Part shown: positions 1 to 12,689 of the stretch, piece after piece
Layout of the letters: each line of letters starts with the position of its first letter
How positions within the stretch are numbered: the first letter of the stretch is position 1
DNA from: Cystobasidiomycetes sp. EMM_F5
Taxonomy: Eukaryota
Reading direction: 5' to 3'
Assembly: GCA_051047955.1 (NCBI GenBank)
Contig: JBPGPT010000008.1
Span: forward strand, 124,001 to 188,000
DNA length: 64,000 bases
Program-made: the position numbers and the translations under genes
The notes under the pieces: generated by a model
Seen by the model: the letters and a program-made list of their open reading frames with translations, nothing else
Databases searched by the model: none
What the model was told of the DNA's origin: nothing

Positions 1-828
1 GGCATTGCGAAAGGATTTCCAGCTAGAGGGCCGGACCCAAGCGGAAGTACAGAGATGCGAGGTTTCAAATCTTGCAAGCGCTTGTAGTCATTGACGAAGA
101 AGGCGCAATGAGAGAGGAGAAAGTGCGACCATCGGATAGGTTGAGCACGCTGAAAGACAGGAAGCAATCTTTAGCGTATTGTCACCAAACAAGTCGCCAT
201 AATGTAACGATCTCACCTGTAAATGCGTATATCCCGGCATGACATGCTCAATCTCGCTTTCAGCACGGGCGACCATGACTTTGACAAGGTCTTTAAGAAA
301 AGCTTCAAGCTTCTCTACTTGTTCTAGCAGCCATATCCGCATATCGGTGGCTACCTGATCATTGCGAGAGCGACCGGTGTGTAGCTTGCCTGGCAAATCC
401 GTCTTTTCAGCTTTATTTGAATAGTAAGTGCCCTGAATACACACCCGCTGTCGATCCTATCAGTTCGGCCAGACGACGCTCGTTGGCTGTGTGAATATCC
501 TCATCGCTTTCTTGCGGCACAAATTTGCCAGATTTCCATTCGGCGAGTACCTTGTCCAGACCCTCGTGGATTGCCTGACATCCGTTCAGAAGTTGGCAGA
601 TGATATTGCTTCAGTACTAGCTGAGGATCTATTGCTGAAAAAAACTTGAAAACACACCTTTTGTTCCTCTTCGGTGATAACGCCGGCTTGGACGAGTCCT
701 TTCGCATAAGCTTGCGAGCCAACGATATCAGCTTGGTACATGCGTTTATCATAGCTGAGCGACTGGTTGAAGGCGTGCATGAGTGGGTCCGTCGCGCCCG
801 TGAAGCGGCCACCCCATAATTTAGCCAT
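1..828 (-). CDS. ARG4: Argininosuccinate lyase, 5' part (continues past the left edge)
   Basis: Exons translate to [63 protein letters not shown] and [22 protein letters not shown] intron at about 830-917 lies in the 5' UTR with an in-frame upstream stop, supporting ATG 828. Confidence 0.96.
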
Positions 829-1493
829 ACTGCGAAGACCTGGACGACTGTCAGCTTCTTCACCACTTTGAGATAATAGCATGCCAGCTCGAACAGTGTC
901 TGGACGCGAAGGCATACCTCTAAAGTGTTGGCGGTAGCCGCACAGTCAATATAGGCAGCAAGCGAACCTGACTCGAAGACTAACAGCCAACTCCGACAGC
1001 CTGATCAACGCGACCTTCTAAGGCTCTGATGTCGCAGTCCACTGATAGTATTGCTTGCATATACTGATGTAGATGCAGTCTGAGAACTCCGTGACTGATC
1101 CATCGCTGATTGCAAAGTGCAGTCTCGTATATCGTTCGAAACTCAGACTGATTTAACGAGCACCCTCTGGACTATCAAGCATCAATGTTCTTCGACAAGC
1201 TTCGTGTCTTCTCTCTGGACTCGGTGACAGGCGTCCGGATATGTGACGGGTGGGGAGAAAGCCTTTGTCGTCGCAGGCGGTGGAAACAATACTGCGCACC
1301 GCAGACAGCGCTAACTGCAGCGAGACCGCTGACTTACTGGAGCAGTAACTGATGAGCGGACAGCGCCGGCGTGAGTCTGCGATACTTACGGTTCGAAACC
1401 ATCACCCTCTTTCATCGAAAAACGGAGGCAAGCAGTCAGAACAGTTTTGTCATCAAGCAACGGCCTCGCGCGTACGCACATACAAGATAGCGG

Positions 1494-2649
1494 ATGTCAA
1501 CAGGTATACGAGGAGTTCAGGCTGTCCTGTGCTTCGTGATGGCCTTATGCGCAATACTCTGCTGCTGCTCCGCTCCAACTGCAGCAGGTGTGGGTGATCC
1601 TGTCACTTTTGACACCGCAAGTCCCTACTGATGTGGTGGTAACCTCCGTAATCTGTAGATAAGCTACGTTTCCAACACTCGAGTGAGTAACGAAGTGTCA
1701 TATCTGCAAATCTGGTCCCAACTCACACTACCCAACTACGTATAGAGCGCCACAAAAGCAGTAGGAGGCGCTGCGGGCTCATTGAGCAATTCCGGACGGT
1801 TTGAGGGACTGTCCATGGGCATGCGTGGCTTCTGCAAAGGAAACAAGAAATGCTGGCTATACACCGATTATGGTGAGTTGAGCGTTGCCTGACCTTGACA
1901 CTATGCTCACATGCTATGACCTCGACACAGCCAATGATCCGGACAAGGTCGATGCAGATGCCGAGTTCAACAAGTATGAAGCGTCAGCTATTGTTACTCT
2001 GGCCGGCAAAGGCATCATGTATGTCAACCATCCATGGTACAAACTCTTATGGTACGGATACCGTGATTTCGCTCATTTGAATATCACTGACATCTTGCCA
2101 CCGTTGATAACAGGCTAAACAGTATCGGTATGTCCTTTGCTCTGCCTACCTGTCGCCGTTCGGTATGTCGCAGCGACTGAATCTCGCTATTCAGCTTGCG
2201 CGATATCGGGCTTTGCATTCGTGCTAGCCATAATATTGATGCAATCTGCACGTGCAGAAGAGATGCAAGGCGGGGCGCCAAATACGACAGCGAGATATGC
2301 GTTTATTGGCTTTTTGGCCATGTCGCTGACCATCAATCTGGGAGCATTCGTCTATGTCGCAAACTACTTTGGCAAGTCAAAGGGAGCCGTAAGCGACATT
2401 TCACCATGAGTGCTCGTAAGTGAGAAATAATGGTATCCCTTTAGCTGTCCTACAATTCTGGCTTGGGAGCCTGGGGCAACGCGTTCTATCTTTCTCTTGT
2501 GACCTGGATATGTGCTGCGCTAGGTACGCTGACTACAAAGATTGTCACCCAGTCTCACAAATTGATGACGGCGTGTAGCTGGAGCGTGCGAGTTGGGTGT
2601 GCGATCAGACTCTTACGGAGGCGGCGGCGGATACGACGATTACTATTGA
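1494..2649 (+). CDS. SUR7/PalI (claudin-like) multi-pass membrane protein
   Basis: Hydrophobic N-terminus MSTGIRGVQAVLCFVMALCAILCC, claudin-like GMRGFC...C motif (about 1816-1852), three further TM helices in ORFs 2137-2409 and 2463 onward (GAWGNAFYLSLVTW), ending DSYGGGGGYDDYY*. Confidence 0.7.
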
Positions 2650-2888
2650 GTTTATCGACATCAGCAGAGGTACGCTTCGACTGCTTCTCTTCTCAGTGCC
2701 TTGCTGCGTTGAAACAGGTTGTTTGCGTATTGACAGGCAAAGCATCTCCGCCACCTCCTATTTCTCCCCATGACGCTGGCTGCCTGCAGATCTCTCGATT
2801 GACACAAGGCCGGCTCGAGGAGCGCGTACTTTGACGAATTCAGCTGCTTTCGGCCCTTTCCAACACTCATTTACTGCAAGAATCAATC

Positions 2889-3517
2889 ATGCAAGCAATG
2901 CGAACGAGTCTGACGCGAGCCACTGTTGGCCGGACGCCACAGCTTCGTAGCTGGCGACGAGGGTATGCATCGCAAAAGGATGGTGAGTTGACGGACGTGC
3001 CGAGAGACTGCAGTCTCGAGAGTGATTGCATTCTGTGACACATTCGATCCTTCACACAGCACCGACCGATGCTCAACAGACGGAGAAGAATGTCAGCGGA
3101 AACACCAACTCCAGCGCGACTTCCAAGCCGGGTGCGTTTCTGTTGATTGATAGTGTCGAATTTTGTGACTGTAGTTGACATGGTCTCCACCCTCCGCTCT
3201 GCAGGATGGGGAGATCAAGTTGCCTCACAAGCAAAGGCTGACAATCCCGGACCGTCCCAGCTGAAGAAGGTCAGTAGTTTTGACACTGGCGCCCGTTACT
3301 ATGACACGTATTGAGTATCCTCTCCGTTAGTCTGAGAATCTGCAAGCTGAAGTGAGTAGCCATTTCTGACTTCATCTTGTCTTTCTGCATCTGGCTTGAC
3401 ATGTTTTCCACGCAGACCAGCAAAGTCAAGCCGAGAGAGCAGGCTCAGGGAGAGGAGGGCGAAGGATCCATGAGTGGAAAAGCTGGACCGGGATCTGTTG
3501 CCCCGCCCAACATCTAG
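2889..3517 (+). CDS. Small (about 117 aa) hydrophilic protein with predicted mitochondrial presequence; 5 exons
   Basis: Exons 2889-2982, 3060-3131, 3205-3269, 3331-3351 and 3416-3517 joined by GT-AG introns give one open frame, MQAMRTSLTRATVGRTPQLRSWRRGYAS...GSVAPPNI*. Confidence 0.75.
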
Positions 3518-3895
3518 CTTGAAAGCGACCAAGCCGAGATCGAATTACGCCGAATTACAAAAGATGGCTGGCTAATCAGACGGTCACCAGAAGACATGTA
3601 GCTGACTCCGCAACAACCAATTCAATTGCACTTCATTGTCGTTGCTTGCATTTTCCTTCTTGCTTCTTTGCTTCTTCTTTTTGCTTTCTCACCGTCGCGA
3701 CTTGTTATTCCTCGACGCGCTTTCTCCCCTTTGGCGACTGCGTTGAACGGCAGAGCACCGACAGCACCGACAGACCTGCAGGTTCAGGCGAGCAGCAGCA
3801 GCAGCCTTCAAGGCTTGGGCAGGACCCAACTGCAGCTGTGACACTCAAACACTCTGCAAGCAGGCAAGACACACACTCATTTACAAACGGCAATC

Positions 3896-5940
3896 ATGTC
3901 GAGAGACCGCTTGGCCGCCATGCGGGCTCAGCAGGCCAACGAGCGCAGCGGAGGGCGACAGCAGCAGCAAGCACAGCAGTACGGCAGTCAGGACGACTAT
4001 GCTCCAAACGATGATGGGTACAGCATACCGCAACCAAGACCAGCGAACCACCACCAACAAGCGAGGTGAGTATGATTTTTGTAAAGACGTGTTTTAAAGC
4101 TGAAGAGGCTTTACAGCTACGGTTACGATGAGTCTGGCTATGCTCCGCAACCATCTGGGTATACTGAGCAAGCTGGATACGGTGACAACGGCTACAATCC
4201 AAGTGGCGGACATACCGCTACTGGATATGCACCTAGAAGGCAACAGCAACCGCAACGACCCCAATACAGTGTAGACAGCTACGTGCAGGCTGAGGACGAG
4301 CCGGGACAACTCGACGAAGACGCTCGCGGTCAACGGGCTCGGAGACGCTCCGTAGCCTCGCCTGTTCGAGGGTATTCCGGCAACCCCAACACTGTGCGTC
4401 AACAGCGACAGACAGCGTCTCAACGGCCACAGCAACAACAACCACAGCAACAGCAGATGAGAGAGCTCACACCGCAACGGATGCAGCCACCACCACAGCA
4501 GCAGCAAAACAACCGAACCTTTCAGGATCAGTACGGTAGCCGAAATGATGACCGATACTACCAGCAGAATGCTAGTTCCGCCGCGCTAAATGAGGAGGAT
4601 GAATCTCCGTACGACGAAAAGCAGGATGATCAGAGTTATGTTACATCCGGCTACCCTCCGCAAAGCAGGGGCAACACGCAACATCAGACGTACGAAGTTG
4701 GCTTACCTCGAGGACAAAGTCAACCGCAGCCACAGCGAAGGAGTATGCAGCACTCGGCACCGATGGGCTACTCCAATTCCGTACCGCAAACGCCTGCAGC
4801 TGCACAGGGGGCAAATGTTGTAACGGACGCCCCGCAAATCGATATGAGCAGCTTCTTTGAAGAGATCCAGTCCGTCAGGGATAGTTTCAGGACGCTTGAG
4901 CAGTACATTGGCATGCTTGACCAGCTGCACTCGCGCTCGCTCAATACGTCTGGAGCAGCCGAAGCGGAAGCGGAGAGAGAGCAAGTCGCGGTAGAGACGC
5001 GCAAACTTACCAACTCGCTACGGCAGCGTATCAAGGACTTGCAAGAGACGACGCGAATACGTACGCATGGTCAAGCAGAGACTGACAGACAGACACGTAA
5101 AGTGCAAATTACGGGTCTGAAGGAAAAGTGGGTAGCAGTGCAGTATTTCGGAATGCGATTCTCTAACATTGCCGTCGATAGATTCCTTGCGATTGTGCAA
5201 AGCTATCAGTCGATGGAGATGAAGAATCGCGACAAGTCTAAACAACGCATCGAAAGGCAGTACCAGATTGTCAAGCCGAATGCGACGCCTGAAGAGATTC
5301 GGCAAGTCGTAGATGGTGGTCAAGAAGTGCAGATCTTTGCACAAGCTGTAAGCTACGAATCATGGTCTGTAACGCAAGTACGCACTGACCCTCGCGATCG
5401 AATGTACAGCTTCGCAACACGCATCGAGTGGGCCAAGCTCAGAATGTGCTCAACGAAGTGCAGACACGGCATGAAGCAATCCAAAAGATTGAGCGTACGT
5501 TGGTCGAGTTGTTTCAGATGATGCAAGACATGGCCGTCATGGTGGAGGAGCAGGACGAGCAGATTATCCACATTGAGCAGACTGCGGAAGCTGTGGCGGT
5601 CGACATGGAGGAAGGGCACAAGCAGATTGTGCAAGCCAAAGAGTCTGCAAAAGGGGCTCGGAAGAAGCGCAAGATTTGCTTTTGCATCATTGTCGTCTTG
5701 TTGCTGGTCATTGGAGGCGTCGTGGCGTACGTCGTCGTCAAGGTCGTCATTCCCAAAGTCAACGAAAGCAAGGCAAGCGCTGCGGCTACACCTGCTCCAG
5801 ACGCGACAAAGACTATAACGGCGACGGCGAAATCGTCTGCGAAACGGTCGATTGAGGAACGGTACGTCTTGGACACTATCTGGATGAGGACGGCTATGCC
5901 AAGCGCCGTTGCGCTGGAGCTTGCATCAAGCGTGTACTGA
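3896..5940 (+). CDS. SSO1: Plasma-membrane t-SNARE syntaxin (Sso family), paralog A, long form
   Basis: N-terminus MSRDRLAAMRAQQ, Habc region, SNARE motif EVQTRHEAIQKIERTLVELFQMMQDMAVMVEEQDE, and ARKKRKICF followed by a TM helix. Confidence 0.9.
4426..4510 (+). repeat. Imperfect CAG/CAA (poly-Gln) coding repeat
   Basis: Encodes PQQQQPQQQQM...PPPQQQQ within syntaxin A. Confidence 0.7.
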
Positions 5941-6397
5941 GTCTAGACCAGAAATGATGGCTTGTCTGCGATACATATGGACTTCTGCCGTCTCCGCTCG
6001 CAGACATGTCGCTGCAAAACTTTCGCTGCATAGACTCAATCAGCGACTGCGACCACTCAGACCGTGCATAATCGCCGTTGCCCACTTTGCTTTTGCATGA
6101 ATTGCCGTTTGCTCTGTTTGTACCCCTACCTGCCGCCTCTTCTGAGTGCGTGATCGAGTTCTGTTGACGTCCCGAGAGGCCGTCCATCTCGCAGTCTGCT
6201 CTGGACAGAAAGGCGAGGAGGAGCAATACTCCAACTCAGCACAGCACCCGTATCTGACTGGCTGGGCAGCTCATCTTTTAAACGGCAGAGTCCTGCCTCG
6301 AAACTGGTCTCAGCCCGAAGGTCTCCACAGGAAATAAGCCTGGAAAGCCGCTACTGGGAATACTCGCATCCGACTTGGTTGACGCCGTCGTATAGTC

Positions 6398-8196
6398 ATG
6401 TCACGCGATAGGCTGGCAGCGCTGCAGGTACGGCCATCTCGAGGGAAATTGGGGTCGCATCCGGGTTCCCGAGGACTGAGCATTTGATGCGATATTCCTG
6501 ACAATAACCAGGCGCAGAAACGGCGAGAACAGGGTTATGCACCGCAACAGGCGCCAGCTATGCAGCAGCAGGGCGGCCCGGTTGGTGCAGGCGCCCCATC
6601 CTTGCAACCAGCATCGTGCGTTCTGTTTTCCTCTGAAACCGGATCAGGCTGATATATATGAATTACTACGCTGCATACGCAAATTTGAAATCTACAACGC
6701 GTCCATCCGGACATATGCCAAATGACAGTGCTCAAGAGACGTCAATGTACCCCGTTGGCGGGCAACAGGGTAGTCCAGTATCTCCGGTGCAGCAATCTCC
6801 GCAACAGGGATATGGCCAGAGTGCATACAACCAACAGCCGCCGATGGTGTGTTTCCTGACGCCGACGGCCCGCATTGCCTTGCGTTCCAACAACTGACGG
6901 TGATATCGGTCATTCAGGCGCAAGGTGTGCAAAGTCAGCCATATCAGCAACAGCAACAAGCCCCGTACAGCGGACAAGGTGCAGGCAACTATGAGATGCA
7001 ACAGGTCGGAGGAGCCCCAGTGGGCGCTGTTGGTGGATTCGGCAGCGGTGCCCCTGCTCTGGGTCCAGGAGCAAATCAGCAAGCCTTCTTCGGCGAAGTA
7101 AGCTAGAGTTGTTTTTCTTACGCCTCGCAGATTCGTATCTTACCGCTCCTTGACTTTTCGACAGATTGACCTTATCGCCAACTCTTTGCAACAGCTAAAG
7201 AACAATATTACTCAGATTGATACACTCCACAATACCGTCTTGAACAGCACTACCAATGAAGCACGACAAGAAGCCGCACAGCGTGATCTAGAGCAAATGA
7301 CTGCCGAGACTTCGAAAATGACCAACAGCATCAAACTTCGCATCAAGAACCTTTCTGAGCTGAATGACAAACAACAACACACACTGTCGCCATCAGACTT
7401 GAATACGCAGCGCATGCAGGTGGCGGCGCTCAAGCAGCGTTTCATGAATTATATTCAGGAATATCGCGAGGTTGAGCAGAAGAGCAGAGATAAATACAGA
7501 GCACGCATGGAGAGGCAATATAAAATCGGTCAGTCTTGGGCCGTCGTAGAGACGATTATCATGCTGATGCCGGACTTTATTGCACAGTCAAGCCTGACGC
7601 CACTCAAGAGGAGATCAAATATGCTATGGACACCGACCAGGGTTCCCAAGTCTTCGCCAGTGCGGTAAGTGCACCGGAGCGTTTTGACCGTCCGCGGTGT
7701 ACTGAAGTGACATGTGTGCAGCTCACACAATCTACACGATACGCCGACGCTCGCAACGCGTACCGCGAAGTGCAAGAGCGTCACGAGGATATCAAGAAAA
7801 TTGCTCAAACAATGCAAGAGTTGCAGCAATTGTTCAATGATATGGCCATGCTTGTCGAGCGACAAGATGAGCAGATTCAGACTATTGAAGCGACTGCAGT
7901 TGTATGTGGTGCATATCAAACATTCGATCGCGCAATAGTACTGATGACCATCCGCAGGATGTCGAGACAAACATGGCGGCTGCTAATGTGCAGATCGATA
8001 AAGGCGTCAAGTCGTGAGTCACCTCTCTCAAATCCAGCACCACATTTGCCATCTCATGCTAAGTTGGTGTGTGTTTGTCAGTGCACGCAAAGCCCGGAGA
8101 AAGCGCTGGATCTGCTTCTGGATCTTGGTCATCATCATCATCGTGGTGGTCCTGGCAGTCACGTTATCCGTTCTTAACAAGCAAGGCAAAATCTAG
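6398..8196 (+). CDS. SSO2: Plasma-membrane t-SNARE syntaxin (Sso family), paralog B
   Basis: N-terminus MSRDRLAALQ, Habc region (ORF 7150), SNARE motif EVQERHEDIKKIAQTMQELQQLFNDMAMLVERQDEQI, and ARKARRKRWICFW followed by a TM helix. The SSO1/SSO2 labels are arbitrary. Confidence 0.92.
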
Positions 8197-8574
8197 TGTC
8201 GGTCAAAGCTGCTACTGCTTGCTATACCTATCATTCAGCTACTTCTGTCCTAGCCGAAGGCTGGGGACTGTATGATCGTCTGCTATTGGAGAACCTTAGA
8301 CTAATTCACTAGTACCCACACTCGTTTACTACGCTCATTTAGCCTTCTGCATTCGATGCTGAGCGTACGCATCATGATCAAGCGCGTGTACTTTTATATG
8401 CGATGTCTGCAAGTAAACTAGTTCGAACTCTTGGATTCAATGATACCCGCTGAATGCGAGCAGTCTATATCCCTGCATTTTGGGACTCTGTCCTGCCCGA
8501 CCTCCTGACGCATCTAGCAATCGACGGCCGCGAACAAGCTGCATTGACACATTTTTTTGGCACACCCTGCCTTT

Positions 8575-10933
8575 TCAGTCTGCTGCAAGCTCGGACATCC
8601 CTATGCCGTATGAGCTCAGAACACGTGCGCAAGAATATCGCAGGTTGTCTGCTCGCTCGGTCGCCCATGTACCCATCGAAAGGAAGGCTCTACCGTAGTG
8701 CATGCAGGCTTCAGATTGATATTTCGCATATAGTCGAGCGTGTATGGTTCTCTGCAAACGTAGACAATAGTCAGTACTGCGTAACAGCAATCTCTATTGT
8801 TCCGTGCACCTCCAAGCGCTCGACTTTGGTCATCTGATTCGTCGGCGCGTCCGAGTCGATACTTTCGAGCGTGAAGGCCCACTCGTCTGGCAAGACCCAA
8901 ATTTTGGCGCCTGCGAGATACATCTGGTATGTACACACGGCTCGTTCGTCACTGAAGCGTTCCATGCACCAGGGTTGCCTATCTTTTCCGATGATTACAG
9001 AGGGAGCGTAGCGGAGATCATATTCCGTAATATGGTAGTAGGATAGATTCGTCGGGGAGCTAGCCATGCTCCAGAGAAGCATGTTCGTCGGACCAGCATT
9101 TTTCGCCCAGCCGCGGTCATACAATGCCAGTACTTTTGTAGGGTCAGCATCACCAGTCGTTGTCTTGTCCTGACTGCTGAGCGACAACAGATCCGGCTTC
9201 CTGCGAGGCCAGCGTTTGATTGGTAGTGGCAATGTAGCATAATGAGATGCCAAATAAGCTTCTGCGCGTGCCTCAGAGATAGCTGAATCTTCGATCGCAT
9301 CAGGCGATGCTGATGCTTGGATGCGCGCATCGATCTGCGATAGGGTAGGTAGATATCCTTCTGTACTGTTATTGCGCAGAAAGCCGAATGTAGGCACAAC
9401 CACAGCATCCGCGTTGTCCAGCAGCAATGCGGACATAACGTTCGAGTCTTCCAAGAACCGCCGCAACCCGGCAGAAGGCAGGATCCTTGGATCACAGACT
9501 AGCCAGACGAGATCTGTTCTGGCGAACAGTCGCGCCAGGTTTACATGCCAATTGCTGCCTGCAGGGTGCGTCATAAAGCGCTGATGTATACGGTCTCTTG
9601 CCTGACTGGAGACATATGGAGTATAGACGATGTGCAAGTCGGCATACTTTTGAATCTGCGGATGCTTTTTGCGGAGAAGTGTGAGCCGGGAAACGATTCT
9701 TGCCTTGTTCTGCCCGGTCTTGCTGCCAAGCGTCTCAATGACCACAGACATGGGTCCATTCCACCGTTGCGCAAATATCGGAAGTTGGCTAAGCCAAGCG
9801 TCGTTAAAGTATAAACAGGCGGTGACTTGTTTAGGAGGACTTTTCTCGCTGGCAGAGTACGTGAAAGCCTCGATTTGATCCCACATACTGGCGTCGAGTC
9901 CGCTGAACAGCTTTGAAAACCGGTAGGGAGTCTCCAATTGCGTGAGCGGATGTTGAGATGGATCTGAACGTAAGGGGATAGATGATCAGCAGCGATTCCT
10001 TATATTCATCGGTTTGTCCAACGTACTTTGAGGCGTCCAAGTCCGATGTACGCTGGATACTTTACTCGGATGTTCCGCATTAACGACTGTCGCTTCGTCA
10101 CGCGCAAAATCGCCAGCAGCGCCCATTATATGAAAAGGGCTGCTCCCTCTAGCTTTTGTGACAGCAAGAGCTGCTGAAGTGTACAGGCCACCTAGGCGCA
10201 ATCGAGCTCTTTGATGCCAGTATCTGACGCCGTGCTCCTCGAATAGGTAGGATTGTGGTAAAACGCCAGAATCTAGTGAATGCTCACCGGGACCCCCGAC
10301 CAGCATTGCTCGGGTGAAGTAGAATATGCTGAAAGCAATGTAGAGTATACAAGCACCGCGAAAATGTGCGGCCAAACGCGAGCGTTTAGCCTCTTTGGCG
10401 GTATCCCGACCTCTGCGGCCCAAAGATAGCGACTTCGACGAGGTACGCGTATGTCGCACAGCTCGAGGATTTGCCAACGACACGAAAAAATGACTAATGT
10501 GTCGTACTGCTTGGGGGAGAGCTGTTATTGACCAGACCCAGCGGAGTCCAAGGCCTCTACCTTTGGAAGCCAAGGGCCGAGACGGTCTGTGCGAAGTGCT
10601 TACACTTGCAGATGGCTGATGGCCGAAGGCACTACGAGTACTGAGCTGCTTGGCATGTCGATTTACATGATCTGAGCGAGCTGCAGTTTTGCTCGGAACG
10701 AAAGAGCTAGTTGAGGCGAAGGACGGCGAATGGATATCGACAGGCGAAGCGGAGCCTGAGGATACATGCAGATGATTGCCAGTGTCGATACACGTACTCG
10801 AAGCATCATCGAATGATTGGGACGCACTCCGCGGACTGCAGGCATACGATGTAGACAGCCTTGATGATGCTAGGCGCTCGCTCGCCTCAGCCCAGCTTGG
10901 TCGAGTGTCCAGGGATGGCCGCAAAGTGCCCAT
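8575..10933 (-). CDS. Type II membrane glycosyltransferase family 49-like protein
   Basis: Single TM (ACILYIAFSIFYF), RWNGPMS, NLARLFARTDLV, VVVPTF, YAPSVI, PWCMERF and YQMYLAG..VLPDEW, matching fungal GT49 proteins. Last exon is ORF 8575-8790. Confidence 0.75.
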
Positions 10934-11429
10934 TCTGTCAGTTCAGTTGATTTGTCGTATGTGATAGATCATGGCGTTGTCGATGTGCTGGCTGGCTCGC
11001 TCGCCAGACTTGACCTTAGCCGGCGTGCGTCTCCTGAGGATCTCCTGGACGGCAATCAAGTCCTGCGAGCCGCTGACGAAGGAGTCATTAGAAGTTGTCA
11101 GCCTTGCTTTTTGGGTCAATAAGGATCGCATGGCTCGCTGTCTCCGCTATCATGGTCAGTATCCCCGTCATTTGCGTTTATCAGTCAAGGCCCAGGAAGC
11201 TTGCATTGACCATACCGCCAGCACTGTATCTCAACGAATCTCGAGTGCAGTAGCTAGTACGTCTTGAGGGCAGTGGCTCGGGGAAAGTCCTTTCGCCGCG
11301 TTCGACTTTAAGAAAAGCTCGTTGTGGTAACCACTATTTGACATCAGACTACCAGACTTTGGCAAAGGAACACGATATAACTTAACAGACTATCATTCTA
11401 TCGACGAACAAAGGACGATAGACTAACAA

Positions 11430-12361
11430 TCATCTTTCCGTGAACACCTTCTCCGCCTTTTCCCCTCGTGAATCTCGCCAGTCCTGCAGACCCTTCTCGT
11501 AGATAGCTCTGTCTACGCCATGAGGTACCAGCACGAACGTCACTCCCAATTTGGCTACTTCTCTGTTCCGTGATTCGCTGTAAAGACACAGCTCGTAAGC
11601 GGATAAACGAAAACTGCGAAAAGGTAGTCAGCCGGGTGCCGACTTACTCGTCAAAGAAGACCATTTCTTTAAGCAAAATACATGTGGTCAGATCTCTTGG
11701 ATGGCATGGAAATTGGTCCTGCAACTCCAGCCTCACCTTCATATGGTATCCGTGTCTTTTTGTGTATGCTTCGGAAGTGTGTCAACTTGCTGCCACTGCA
11801 ACAACGGGTCAGAGATGTCAAGCTACGTCGATACATGGATTGGACATACGGATAGATCTCCTTTGTATTAAAGCATTCTATCGCTCGGATGAGTCCAGCT
11901 TCAGGTCGTGAGCTTTGGGGAATTAGCAGTTGATCCAGGGCTTGCTCAGCACTGTCAGGAAGCCAGGCTGTCAACGAAATGAGCCGCGAGGAGAAGCAGC
12001 ACTACATACGCTTTTGGTGCAGATGTTCGGCTTGCGATAGCCACATGAACATCGGGCGAATCCTTCAGTTCGACCAGTATTGACGGGACATCGCTGTAGA
12101 AGGACATCTGACTGTCATATTTATCGTATATCTTGTTGATGTCCTTGGATCCCTTCCTCTTCAGCGGAGGTGAGACATGGGTATCCACCCTGAAAAGTCA
12201 AGTAAACTTCATGCAGGAGAGCCAATTCATACACGCAGCTCGCTTACCTACCACAGAGGCCAGAGAGTGTAGTCTAGATCGAAGCATACTAGCTTAGGCA
12301 TCCTTGGCGAAGATGCTGCCACTCCTGGACCTGCCGTGTCGTCATCCGAGGTATTGTCCAT
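11430..12361 (-). CDS. MDP1: Magnesium-dependent phosphatase 1 (HAD family)
   Basis: CFDLDYTLWPLWVDTH, AIASRT, EIYP/GSKLTHF and MVFFDDESRNREVAKLGVTF. Confidence 0.92.
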
Positions 12362-12689
12362 TCTTGCCTTCGTTATGGTGTTGCAACGGCGCGCTACTGT
12401 TAGGCAGATTATGCTTGGGACTTAGAAAGAAATGGTTGTACGGCTGCTGACCTGCAGCATTAGTTTGACGGAAGCTCAGACTTTGATACGGGTGTCAACA
12501 TGCCAGGCAAATCGATGCTTCAATGTCGTTCACTGAGCCCACGACTTGCATGCAGTGTAGTCTAGGATACAACGGCAAATTGCGAATATAACCAGCCATA
12601 CTCTGCTAATCGGGTATCTGCAGCAGACGGCGAAGCTTTCCGAATTTGAACGACTCGGCCTGAAGACTGGCGACTGGGTGAACGGACAG

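Noticed and set aside
586..915. N-terminal extension of ARG4 from ATG 915
   Set aside because: That ATG is part of a GTATGC intron donor. The segment is better explained as a 5' UTR intron.
969..974. TGACTC upstream of ARG4 as a Gcn4/CpcA site
   Set aside because: Single imperfect hexamer, expected by chance.
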